64,000 nt of DNA from contig BFEA01000030.1 of NCBI GenBank assembly GCA_003427395.1, positions 3,892,562 to 3,956,561 on the forward strand. Direction: 5' to 3'. A program made the translations under genes and the position numbers. The notes under the pieces were generated by a model that had not been told where the DNA came from, did not search any database, and saw only the letters and a program-made list of their open reading frames with translations. How positions within the stretch are numbered: position 1 is the stretch's first letter; every line of letters starts with the position of its first letter. Of the stretch, positions 13,076-25,299 are shown one piece after another. This DNA is from Chara braunii (Eukaryota > Plantae > Charophyceae).

Positions 13076-14272
13076 CCTCAGGCTCCGCTTGGGCTCATTA
13101 AGCCTTTCCCGATTCCTGAAGGTCCTGGTCAGAGTGTGTCCATGGACTTCATGGATACTCTTGTGACCAGCAGGTCTGGGAAAAGGCATATCTTTGTTAT
13201 AGTAGACCACTTCTCTAAGTATGCAAGACTAATCGCTATGCCTCAAACTGCCAAAACTGACTACGTCATCAGACTATTTATGGATAATTGGGTACGGGAC
13301 TTTGGTTTACCTAAGTCCATAGTCAGTGATAGGGATGTTCGCTTTACTAGCGAACTGTGTCAGAACACTGCCCAACAGACGGGAACCAGACTGCAAATGA
13401 CATCAGGAAATCACCCAAAGTCAAATGGACAAGCCCAGCGTCAAATGGACAGGCGGAACAAACGGACAGGGTAGTGCAGCACTTGCTTAGGCACTACATT
13501 AAGCCAAGCCAGGATGACTGGGACGGAAAATTACCTCTCGCCGCAAGCCTGTACAACGGTGCTGTACACAACGCTACTGGCATGACTGCCAACCAACTGC
13601 ATCTTGGTTGGAAGCCCCGTTCCGCCCTTGATTTCCTACTACCTGAGAAACAGGCCACTGCAGCACCAGGTAGCATAGAATTTGCTGTCAAATACGAACA
13701 GATGCTGCAGCAGGCCGTTGAGCACACAAGGCAATCTCAAGATGCTATGATTGCATCTGAGAACAAACTCAGACAACCTTCTGACTTTCAGGTAGGGGAC
13801 AGGGTCTGGGTAAAGTCATTTGAACTGTGATAGGTACTGCGAATATCTAGAAAACTAATGCCACAGTACTTCGGTCCCTGGGAGGTCCTAGACATAGTGG
13901 GGGATCAGGTAGACGGACCTTCCTATGTGATTCACGTCCCACCTCATCTGCGTACACACCCAGTTTTTCACGCCTCAAAGCTGGCACCTTTTGCAGAAGC
14001 TACACAGTTTCCTTCCAGACGGTCGATGCTGCCCCCAACCATGGATGGTGAAGTTGACATCGACAGAATTGTGGAGCATCGAGTGATGCCAGTACCTAAG
14101 CCGCCCGGCAGAGGCCGCCCTCCTAGGCCAAGAATGCAATACCGTGTCTGATTCAGGTATCATCTGGATCCCAGCGAAGATCGGTGGTTCACCAGAGAAG
14201 AACTCATGCGAACAGCACCTCAAGTTATTGCAGGCTATGAAAAAGAACTCAAGGGGAAGATGCCCGCAGATT
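13076..14272 (+). mobile_element. Ty3/Gypsy chromovirus, 3' part (integrase core, GPY/F region, chromodomain)
   Basis: PQAPLGLIKPFPIP...SMDFM...IVSDRDVRFTS...HPKSNGQA integrase core, then YFGPWEV and HPVFHASKL. C-terminal chromodomain-like DIDRIVEHR...QYRV*F...EDRWFTREEL. It resumes almost exactly where the 5' part stops. Confidence 0.93.
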
Positions 14273-15419
14273 AGAAGACTTCTCAGAAGTCTATCGAAGA
14301 AAAGGAGGAAGGAATACGAGGGTCTGGGTCCTCGGCAGGCCTAAGGGGCCCCTTGCTGCAGATGTGCCCGCCCTAAGTGAAGGCGGGCCTAACAAATCAC
14401 GAGAGGCCCTAAGCTGTCAATTCCGTATTTGGGGCCCAGGCAGTTTCATCACGCCAGTTGGTTGAGGGAAACACAGGCCGAGCAGCGAGACATTCCACGG
14501 CCTTCCAGGCCTTTCCAAAAATGCAGGCCCTGGACGAGAATCGCAGCCCCATACACAGGCAGTTGGGAGGCCCAACCGAAAGCAGGCCCAGCAACAGCAT
14601 CTGAGGCAGAGCTTCCTGGGGCCTACCGGAAGCCTCTGGGCAGAGGCCCAGGCCAGCCAGGCTGCCGAGAAGGCAGGCTCTTTCCATATAGGAAAGAGCT
14701 CACTGCCTGGCGGGGCATTCAGCACTTGCATGCTGGCGGCAGTGCTGCTGGAGCGGACGCTCGTAGGCTGCTGCTGGCGCTGAGAGGCAAGGTGCTAGCG
14801 CGTGCGGTCGTGCAGGAAGTAGGGCGCTGCTGAGGACAGCGCCATAGCCCAGCCTCCATAGCTGGATGGGCTTGGACTACAGTGAGGTGCAGGGGTGGTC
14901 TTCGGGTGTACAGAGGGAAGACGTGGGAGTAAGTCAGGGGAGAGAGAGAAGGATGATGATGATGATGATGATGTAAGGGCACATACCTGGTATTGGTGAT
15001 GGTCTGCATTGGGCGACATCTTCAAGTACTTCGTGAGCTGCTGACGTCAACAGTTGCATTGTCAATTAGTAGGCAGACTGTGGCTGTGTAGGAAGTAGGC
15101 TGGGCGCCGCGCGCCAGTTAAGGAGAAAGGGCCTGGACACTCATGTTGGTGGTGGCGAGAGCAAGCTCTCACTGCATTGGTTTTCAGTGTTACGATTCTT
15201 CATTGGTGATATATTGGTGCATTTCTGCTTTCTGGACACTGTGATACTATCTGGCCTTCAATGTGATTGTGCATTCTGGACATTGCCATCTCGCTATTGC
15301 TCATTTTCCTTGCAGAGTTCTCACAGGGTTCCAAATACTCACCGCTGGAGCAGACTACTCTAGAATGGCACACGAGGCCAGTGAGTGTTTGGGTTGCATA
15401 AGATTTTGAATAGAGGAGC

Positions 15420-15617
15420 AGCTGGTGTGTGTGTGTGTTTTGGATTTTCACCACAACAGCCCCTATTCCACCCAGATGAGTAGATCCAAAATCAAAGCAG
15501 CTTTCGCCCTATTGCAGACAACGAACAAACTTGAGCTGAGACAATCCAACAACGAAACAGTTTTACCTCTGTAGCAAGCAACATGGAGAACAATAGATCT
15601 GTTTAAATCCCTTTCTC

Positions 15618-15688
<71 letters not shown>

Positions 15689-15846
15689 GGTGTGTTTTAT
15701 AGACTTTCCCCATAACAGCCCCAATTCCACCCAGATGAATAGATTCAGAATCAAAGTAGTCTTAGTCCTATTGCAGACAACGAGAGCATTTGAGATGTCC
15801 AACATATTGAAGGAATTTTATAATTAGACAGTTTTTTGGTTGTCCG

Positions 15847-15895
<49 letters not shown>

Positions 15896-15977
15896 GTAAC
15901 TTGTCACCAGAACCATCCCTCTTCCGCACAGATGAGTAAATCCAATATTGAAGCAAACTGTTTGACCTGAGTTTCTT
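15420..15977. repeat. (TG)n-associated dispersed/tandem repeat (core TTCCACCCAGATGA.TAGATCCA)
   Basis: Diverged copies at ~15455, ~15712 and ~15915 separated by (TG)n tracts. A further copy lies at ~20980, beyond the LINE insertion. Confidence 0.7.
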
Positions 15978-18900
15978 TTTTTTTTTTTTTTTTTTCACAA
16001 AACAGGGCCTTAGGGTCCTGGCTCCTTCTATTCTGGGGAGCGTCAGTCCGGTTCCTTTTCCACCGGCAAGTCATAGAGTTTTACATCAACAGAACTCACA
16101 CACGCTTCCTTCCGTCCGGCCGAAGGACCCCTGAACAGCATTGATTGCTCCAGTGTGGTGGAGGATTGACTGTCAGCTTGCCNTAACCTTCTCTCTCCTC
16201 TCAGCCCCATTGTACTGGTCTGTCAGATCATCGTAATATCTAGAGAGAGTCCCCCCGTAAGTAACCAATTTTGGGATGATCGTTTGTCCTCTTGAGCCTT
16301 CTCGTCTGCTGTGGATCATCTTCCCAGTCCTGAATCCCTCTCCTGGGTGACTGCCCTGCCATGGTCCTTAAGTGATCTAGACGGGAAGGATGGTTTGACC
16401 ATGGTCTCCAGGTATTGACCTCTGCTACCCGACTTCTCTTGGGCTTTGATTGGAATTTGTATCTTGCGTTGTGACTTAGGCTTCTGAAGTCGCTTGTTGT
16501 TGAGAGGNTCTTTCCTGGAGTGAGTTATGCCATTCCTTCCAGCAAAGCCGATCTTCCCGCAATTCTGCAATCTTGCCTTCAACCAACCAGTTTTCACAAA
16601 AACTCAGCCTCGTCCTTCTCCGCTGCTCTTCGTCATCTGTCTCCCTTAGTTTCAACTTCAGCCATCTGCACAGAATCTCGGCCTGAATCATTGTTCTGGT
16701 TTCTGTCCACACCTTCTCCCTTGGATTTGAGTGACCTTCAATTGTTCTGCTTCATCTCTCCTTCCATATGACCCACAAAGTCACTTTCCTGATGAGTTCA
16801 AACCAGATCCTCTCTGACGCTCGTGTTAGAACAGGGTTATTGGTTAACAGAAGGAGTTGGAGAGGGTGGTTGGGGAAGGGAGATGAGAAGAATGAGTCCC
16901 AGAGTACAGAAGCTCTTTTCCAGTATTCAGTCGCTTCTTTGCATCGAATTAGGCAGTGCACTATATCGTCTACTAATCCTTCTTTACAGACTGTACATAT
17001 CTCTGAGCTGTCCGGATTTGAGGCTTTACGTCTAGTATGTAACCATTGGTTCACTGGTAGTGCTGCGTAGACAATTAGCCACTGAAAGCTTCTGATCNNN
17101 NNNNNNNNNNNNNNNNNNNNNNNNNNNNNNNNNNNNNNNNNNNNNNNNNNNNNNNNNNNNNNNNNNNNNNNNNNNNNNNNNNNNNNNNNNNNNNNNNNNN
17201 NNNNNNNNNNNNNNNNNNNNNNNNNNNNNNNNNNNNNNNNNNNNNNNNNNNNNNNNNNNNNNNNNNNNNNNNNNNNNNNNNNNNNNNNNNNNNNNNNNNN
17301 NNNNNNNNNNNNNNNNNNNNNNNNNNNNNNNNNNNNNNNNNNGCAGTTTGCGATGGTAGGCATGTTGTTGTTGGAGCCGCAGATTGGGAAGGAGAAGAAG
17401 GTGGCCATGGTGTGAGCGCCTTGTTGTCTGTGGGAAAATTGATAGGCTCTGGAAGGGGTTATGTCTTGGATCATAAGACCCCACTCCCCTGGTTTCCACC
17501 CTTCATCTTTAAGTAAGATATCCTTCCATTCCTGTGGGATGCAACTGAGGAGATATTGGAGGTTGGTTCCTCTTCTGTGACATCCTTTAAGTTTGATGCT
17601 GATTTCTTGTTCAGATATCCATTCTTTTCTGTCTTCGTTCCTTATGTGATCAATCTTCCATATGCCATTTTTGATCCAGGATAGCCATTTTTGATCCAGG
17701 AAGAGAGGGTTGTTTGCTTCATTCGTTAGCCATTCATTCCCAAAGAGCGGTTGCCTTAGTACTTCATCCTTAGATCTGGGTCTGTTGGATATGCCCGGAA
17801 TTATCTTTCTCCATGACTGAAGGAGTGCCGGCCAATAAGGTGTTGGTGGTCGGAGGACTTCTTGTCTATTGTTTCTTGTTCGATTCCTTCTTCCTGTCGT
17901 TAACTTCCATTCTTTGTTCATGANCNAATATAGGCCGGACATGTCGTTCGGAGAGGGCACTGGGGCTATTGATCTGATACTGTCTAAAGCTAATTTGTTC
18001 CAAGCGCTTCCCGGATACATCAGTAATTTGATGATCCATTTGATTTGCAGAGCCTTCGTTTTTGTTCCAGGATCTAAGATTCCTAGGCCTCCCTTGCTTG
18101 GAGGTCTTGTGACAAAGTGCCAGGCTATTTTGGGTATGCACTTTTCTTTGTTGGGGTCTCCTGTCCAGAGAAACACCCTGGCTTTTCTGTTTAGCTCTTG
18201 GACAGAAATGTCAGGTACTGTCCAGATGGAGGCGATATACCACATCATTGAGAAGATCGATGTATTGAGGATTAAAGCTTGGCCTATAATGGAAGAGAAA
18301 GTACTACTCCATCTTCCCATTTTGTTTATCTGGTTGGTCAGTAGCGAGGGGCCCATTTGTGGCACCAAACCTTCCTTCGTCATTAAGATCCCTAGGTAAC
18401 GGGTCGTGTTGTCTGGCGTTTGCCATGTCATGGGAGCTTGTTCTCCTTGAAGAGAGAGGGGTTCCTCCTCTGAAAGCCACCAGCCAATCGTTTTCCCCCA
18501 GTTGATCTTCATCTCTGAAGCTAGTCTGAATGCTTCCATTGCTTTGACTAGTGATTGGAAGGAAGAATCCGATGCCCTGATTAATACTGTTAGGTCATCA
18601 GCAAACATGATTGCAGCCGGAAAGTCCAGTTGGTGAGCTGTACCTACCTTTGTGCTGGCTAATCTTTGAATTGAAGGGTCCTTACGTAGGAAGGAAGCAA
18701 TAGCTTCCATTACAAATAAGAATATTGAGGGGGCTAGTGGGTCACCTTATCGGACTGAACGCGAGATCGGGTAGCAGTCGGAAAGTAGTCCGCTAACTTG
18801 TACACAGCCTATAGCATCTCTGTACAGGATCCTGACCCATTTCCTAAAGTTTGGTCCGACTCCCATTTTTTCCATACTTGCTTCCATGAAGTCCCAGTTG

Positions 18901-20918
18901 ACTTGGTCGTAAGCTTTTTCAAAGTCAAAGAAAAGAATGGCGGCGTTTATTTTCCTTTCCCTGATTTTCCTNACTGNCNCATTGAGAGTCATCACGTTAT
19001 CTAGGATGTATCGACCAGAAATGAATCCTGTTTGGTCTATATGGAAGCAATCATTAGTAATCTTGGTGATCCGATTTGCTAAGGTCTTGGNCAATATTTT
19101 GTAGGGGAGAGATAAAAGTGAGATGGGTCTGTAGTTCTTGATGTCCTCTCTTTCGCCCTTTTTATATAGTAGAGTGACCACGCTGCTACTGAATAGTTCA
19201 CCTAAACCACCTTTCGTCCAGCAGTCGTTATAAAAATTAAACAAATCACTCCCCAGTAAGGGCCATAACTTTTCCCAGAATTCCTTTGTTAATCCGTCTA
19301 TTCCTGGAGACTTCTTGTTGTTCATGCTCAGTAGCGCCCCGTGAAGTTCCTCCAGCGTAATTGGCGCGTCGAGCGAGTCAGCCTGTTCTGTTGATATTGT
19401 TCGTTCCAGGTACGATAACATTTTACTTCTTGCATCACTGATGTTGGCGGGGACGGGGCACTCTGTCTTGGATTGGTAGAGGTTTTTATAGAAGTTGTTG
19501 GCTATCTCTAACATTCCTTCGCTGTCCGATCTCACAGTCTCAGGAGGTGAGGGTGATCTCAGACATTCTATTGTGCTGGCTCTCGAGTTTGCCTTGATTA
19601 GAGCGAAGAAGTGTTTGGTCATAGAGTCGCTGAGCTCGTATTCACACATTCTTGCTCTTACTTGTAGACCTTTCAACTCCCACCACTTCCACATAGCCAA
19701 TTCTTCTCGTGCTTTCTTGAATATCTCGTTGTAGAGTGGGGAGGAGGGGTTATTTGTGAGATTTATTTCTGCTATTTTCAATGCACACTCCAGTGATTGT
19801 TTTCTTTATTCCCTTATGGACGCAAGCTTTCTTGATACTTTAGCGACTGTGTCTGAAAGATTCGTATAACTCTTTTGGAACCAATCCCATTGTGTGTCAT
19901 TCCTCACTCGTGATGACCTTTGACCTTTCCAGTAGTCACAGACTTACTTTTGGAATGTTTGGCTCAGCAACAGGGAGTTGTTGAGTTTATGGAAGCTGGA
20001 TCCCTTTCTTACCAGTTGGTCAAAGCAGATGGTTAGTTCAATTGGTTTGTGGTCCAATCCTGGATAGGGTGCTAGGGGTAGTGTTTCAGCTTCCTTGACT
20101 GCTCCCATTAAGTTGTCTGATATCAGAAAGTAGTCGATACGTGAAAAGGCAGTGTGGCTCGCATGATTTTTTTTTAACTAGAGTGAAGGTTTTGGAACCT
20201 GGGTGTAAGATTCTAAGAGGGTCCACCAGGTTATGGTCCATCATTAGCTCTTGGATTGGTAGTGCTTCAGACGAGTTACTGGGGCTGGATGAACGAGATA
20301 TACGATCGAAAAGTGGATTTATTGTGGCGTTCCAGTCTCCTGCTACAATACATGGTGACAGCAGTGGGATCAGGTCTCCGATGTGTCTTAAGAAGATTCT
20401 CCTCTCCGCGGGAGAGTTCGGTGCATAGATGTTGATGAGAATGAAGTCTTCTTCCTTCCATTGAAGGTGAACCAAACACCATCTTCCGTCAGCTTGATCG
20501 GCTCTCTTGTCTAGGACTGTGCCTGCTTTATAGAGGCGTGAAAGCTTGGGTATGAGAATAGCCGTCCCTTTGGAGCTCGTTGCTGGGTCTGCTGACCATA
20601 TTTCGTCCTTTAGGCCGCCTAATTTCCTTGCTATGGCAGCTCGGATTCTGTTGTGGTCTGATGAGAAGGTGAGGTGAGTTTCTTGGATTAGGATTATGTC
20701 TACTATTTTCCTGCTACCCTGTGACAGTCCGGATAATAAGTAATTCCATTTGTCTTCTTTTTCCAATATGTTACCTAATCCATTTACATTCCAACTTCTA
20801 ATGACCAAACCTTGATCTTTCCAGTTGGGGGTGTTCCTCACCTCATTAGCTCTTCTTCTGTAGCATTCCATAGCGGTGTCTGGAAATCGTTAGGGTGAGT
20901 GCCGATCAGGAGTAGATG
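15978..20918 (-). mobile_element. L1/Tx1-type LINE, 5'-truncated, near full-length ORF2, with 16-bp TSD
   Basis: APE ORF 20871-20086 (SWNVNGL, IQETHL, IYAPN, AGDWN). RT ORFs 19781-18747 and 18710-16752 (KSPGIDG, NYRPISLL, DFEKAYD, FADDL; C-terminal CxxC...HC). Poly(T) to 15995. TSD TTGACCTGAGTTTCTT at 15962-15977 and 20919-20934. Confidence 0.95.
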
Positions 20919-21211
20919 TTGACCTGAGTTTCTTCTACATGCCAACTTTTTCGCTTCTTCTACATGCCAACTTTTTCACCATAACAACTCCTTTCCACCC
21001 AGACAAATAGATCCAGAACTGAAACAAAGGGTTTGAACTTGAAACCTCTACATCACGAAACATACGAAAACTGTGATATTGTCGTGTTGTCATGCAATTC
21101 TGTCTTTGTCACTAAATTGCCTTTTACTTATGCTTATGCATGCGTTTTAATATACACAAGTGGGAGAAGGACCGCCGCAGCAACGGGGAAGGGGGGTGAT
21201 TGATCGACTGG

Positions 21212-21304
<93 letters not shown>

Positions 21305-22111
21305 NNNNNNNNNNNNNNNNNNNNNNNNNNNNNNNNNNNNNNNNNNNNNNNNNNNNNNNNNNNNNNNNNNNNNNNNNNNNNNNNNNNNNNNNNNNNNNNN
21401 NNNNNNNNNNNNNNNNNNNNNNNNNNNNNNNNNNNNNNNNNNNNNNNNNNNNNNNNNNNNNNNNNNNNNNNNNNNNNNNNNNNNNNNNNNNNNNNNNNNN
21501 NNNNNNNNNNNNNNNNNNNNNNNNNNNNNNNNNNNNNNNNNNNNNNNNNNNNNNNNNNNNNNNNNNNNNNNNNNNNNNNNNNNNNNNNNNNNNNNNNNNN
21601 NNNNNNNNNNNNNNNNNNNNNNNNNNNNNNNNNNNNNNNNNNNNNNNNNNNNNNNNNNNNNNNNNNNNNNNNNNNNNNNNNNNNNNNNNNNNNNNNNNNN
21701 NNNNNNNNNNNNNNNNNNNNNNNNNNNNNNNNNNNNNNNNNNNNNNNNNNNNNNNNNNNNNNNNNNNNNNNNNNNNNNNNNNNNNNNNNNNNNNNNNNNN
21801 NNNNNNNNNNNNNNNNNNNNNNNNNNNNNNNNNNNNNNNNNNNNNNNNNNNNNNNNNNNNNNNNNNNNNNNNNNNNNNNNNNNNNNNNNNNNNNNNNNNN
21901 NNNNNNNNNNNNNNNNNNNNNNNNNNNNNNNNNNNNNNNNNNNNNNNNNNNNNNNNNNNNNNNNNNNNNNNNNNNNNNNNNNNNNNNNNNNNNNNNNNNN
22001 NNNNNNNNNNNNNNNNNNNNNNNNNNNNNNNNNNNNNNNNNNNNNNNNNNNNNNNNNNNNNNNNNNNNNNNNNNNNNNNNNNNNNNNNNNNNNNNNNNNN
22101 NNNNNNNNNNN

Positions 22112-23570
22112 CCCCCGCCCCTTCCCATTTCTCCTCACACTCCTTCACCTGCTGCCCCTTCACCCGCTCCTCCTCCCGCTCCTCCTGCCACTCTTCCTCC
22201 TCCTGCTGCTCCTCACGCTCCTCCTGCCAGTCTTCCTCCTCCTGCTCCTCCTCCCGCTCCTCCTCCCACGCCTCCTCCCACTCCTTCCCCCGCTGCTCCC
22301 GCTCCTTTTCCCGCTCCTCTGCCAAACAACGTGACAAAGATCCCGCCATATCCATCTCCTACGAAAAAAAAAGGCTCCCGCTCCTTCTTCCACGCATCCT
22401 CTGGCCCTTTCCGTTTCCCCTCCCGCTCCTTCTCCCGCTCCTCCTCCCACTCCTCCTCCTCCCACTCCTCCTCCTCCCACTCCTCCTCCTCCCACTCCTC
22501 CTCCTCCTCCCACTCCTCCAGCTCCTCCTCCCACTGCTCCCGCTCCTCCTCCCGCTCCTCCGCCAAACAACGTGACAAAGATGTCGCCATAGCCATCTCC
22601 TACGAAAAAAAAAGAAAAAAGGCTCCCGCTCCTTCCGCTCCTCCTCGCGCTCCTCCTCCCTCTCCTTTTCCCGCTCCCCCTCCTGCTGCTCCTCCACTCC
22701 TCCTGCTCCTCTTCCTCCCATTGGTTATCCTGCTATTACCCCCGTCCCTCCTCCCGCTCCTTTCCCCCCTCCTTCTCCCGCTTCTCCTCCTCCTCCTGTA
22801 CCTCCTCCCGCCCCTCCTACGTGCCACGCGTCAATCCGCCTCTTCACGTATGCGGGTCCTCGCGCTCCTTCTCCCACCCCTGCTGCCGCTCCTTCTCCCG
22901 CTTCTCCCCCCTCACCTCCTCCGCCCCTTCCTGTTTCCCCTCCCGCTCCTTCTCCCGCTCCTTCCGCTCTTCCTCGCGTTCGTTAACCCCCTCCCCCGTT
23001 TGTCCTCCCGCTCCTCCTCCCGCTCCTCCTCCCCCGCTCCTTCTCCCGCTCCTCCTCCCGCACCTCCTCCGCCCCTTCCCGTTTCCCCTCACACTCCTCC
23101 CGCTCCTCCTCGTGCGCCTCCTACCGCTCCTCCTGCTGCTCCCACTCCTCCCGCTCCTCTGCCGAACAACGTGACAAAGATCCCGCCATAGCCATCTCCT
23201 ACAGAAGAAAAGAAAACTCCCGGTCCTTCTCCCGCTACTCCCGCTCCTCCTCCCGCTCCTCCTCCACCAAACAACGTGATCCTACCTGCCGGACGAGCCC
23301 CCCCCTCCTCCTCCTCCTCCCGCTCCTCCTCCCGCTCCTCCTCCCGCTCCTCCTCCTGCTCCTCCTCCAGCTCCTCCTCCAGCCCCTCCTCCCGCTCCTC
23401 CTCCCGCACCTCCTACTGCTCCTCCTGCTGCTCCCGCTCCTCCTCCGCCAGACAACGTGACAAAGATCCTACCTGCCAAACGAGCCCCCTCGGTCCTCCT
23501 CCTCCTACCGCTCCTCCTCCCGCGCCGCCTCCCACTCTTCCCACTGCTCCCCCTCCTCTTCCCGCTCCTT
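22112..23570. repeat. Compound C/T-rich minisatellite
   Basis: CTCCTCCCG-type low-complexity arrays punctuated by the motif AACAACGTGACAAAGAT(CCCGCCATAGCCATCTCCTAC) at ~22325, 22565, 23165 and 23452, with a partial copy at ~23270. Confidence 0.8.
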
Positions 23571-23727
23571 GATCAACCTCACCACATGGAACTGACTCCC
23601 CTACTTACTGATTCACTTCCCCCTGAACGTTCCCCCACTCCAAACGACAATGACCCACCCTCTGATCCTTGATGGAACCCCCAACTCTGTGTGTGTGTCT
23701 TGTGTCTGTCCGTCTGTCTGCCTGTCT

Positions 23728-23791
<64 letters not shown>

Positions 23792-23953
23792 TCTCACACT
23801 CCCTCTCCCCCCCCCCCCCCCCCCCCCCCCCCCGCCCTCCCCTTCACTCCCCTCCACTCCCCTCCCAGAATGTCATAAACAGTTCAAGAGTAGGAGAGTG
23901 TGTATGAATGGTGCAGAGGCTGGACAACCTTGAGGACAGAGACATGAAAGCCG

Positions 23954-24067
23954 CCGTCTTCATCCGATAGAGTGCTCACTGCCACCCAGTCATTATAGCT
24001 GTATTTGGGGTAACTTTCAGTCCAGATCCAGTGACAATGACCAGGCATTCGATTCGGGTGAAGATGG
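23954..24067. mobile_element. MITE family A, copy 1 (Tc1/mariner-pogo-like, TA TSD)
   Basis: CCGTCTTCATCCGA ... TTCGGGTGAAGATGG-TA. Same family as the copies at 30398, 51727, 53542, 53811 and 58005. Confidence 0.7.
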
Positions 24068-24745
24068 TAGGGTAAACTGTCAATATGACAAGGGGCAGAG
24101 AAAGATCAGGGAAGCAAATGATCATGTGGGGAGAAAGAGCAGGGCAGCAGATGAGCAGGTGCAGAGTTCAAAATTATCACTGACACTGCGACAGCGGGAT
24201 TGCCACCTAGCCTGTGGCTGAATGGTACACACTTGTGAATGTTGATAGACAGACTACGAGTTCAAATCCTGATTAATATCACAGCACCAGGAGCTAACAC
24301 CACCTTTTCTTTTGTAAGGAAAAAAAAAAGGCCTACGGAATCGAGGACAGCAAACGCAGCACTACTCAACTGGACAGCAAACTGGAGAGGAAGATGCTCT
24401 GTACATCCAATTACACACACTACAAAAAAAAAACACACACAAAGTTAAACAATTCTCATCTACTTTATTACAGTTGCTGACACCTGCAGCAACAGCACCT
24501 GGCTGGTGCAGGATGCTGAAACAGCATCCTTTGTCGCTTTTTCCCACCTACTCCCATGCTGGTGAAAAACGAATAGCCCAACGGAGAAAGGAAGGTAAAT
24601 GAGAATAGCTACAGTCAACCCTGTCAAACCTCCAACCCAGTCCAGCTGCCCCTGCTCCAAGAATGAGACAGTCATCACTCTTTTTGTGCAGTCTGTTCTA
24701 CGAACTCATATCCATGCCATGTAAGACACCTGGCAGACACTGTTT

Positions 24746-25154
24746 GGTCTCGCCACACTGCTGTCGAAAGGCCGAAAAATTTGACGGCTGTCAGAATACA
24801 TTCGACAGTTTGCTCCCCCGTTTAGCCTCACAGCACTGTCGAACGGACACACTTGTGAATGCAAGATGGAAAAAGAAGAACGCTCCTGAGGGTACGTACC
24901 ACAAGCATTAGTCCATCCCGACCTCACGCCCAGTCACCAATCTTCGAGGAGAAGTCGATCGTGCACCCGAGGACTGTCGAAAGCATCAGAGTAGCAGGCT
25001 GGGGATTCAACAGCTTTCGGAAGGAAGGAGGTGTCGAGAAGCATTCTCTGACAACTTACTTGTGAATTTTCTTCCCGTCTCCAATTTCGACAGGCTGTGT
25101 GTGGCCAAGAGAAACTATCGAAAATCGTGTTTTCGACAGTGGTGTGGCAAGCCC
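24746..25154. mobile_element. MITE with Harbinger-like TIRs
   Basis: Imperfect TIR GGTCTCGCCACACTGCTGTCGAAA / TTTCGACAGTGGTGTGGCAAGCCC, followed by CTAA. Repeated internal TGTCGAA/TTCGACA motifs. Confidence 0.65.
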
Positions 25155-25299
25155 CTAACTCAGTTAGCAGTCTTCGTGGGTAGTTAAGTTTGGGCCATGT
25201 CATGCCCGGAAGCAAGCGGATGGTTCAGTTATAGTTTACCACAGATTTACATCACAAGATTCACAGCGCATAGCGATTGCGTTACTACTCACTACTCAC

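Noticed and set aside
21117-21130. GCCTTTTAC, matching U5 loop 1
   Set aside because: There is no flanking U5 stem or Sm site, so a chance match is likely.
21124-23191. Long ORFs of 330-660 aa, some extensin-like
   Set aside because: They are open only because of N gaps, microsatellites and C/T-rich low complexity.
25059-25154. Apparent exon (branch point, AG ... GTAAGT) downstream of the 4-kb exon
   Set aside because: It coincides with the right TIR region of a MITE, so the splice signals may be coincidental.
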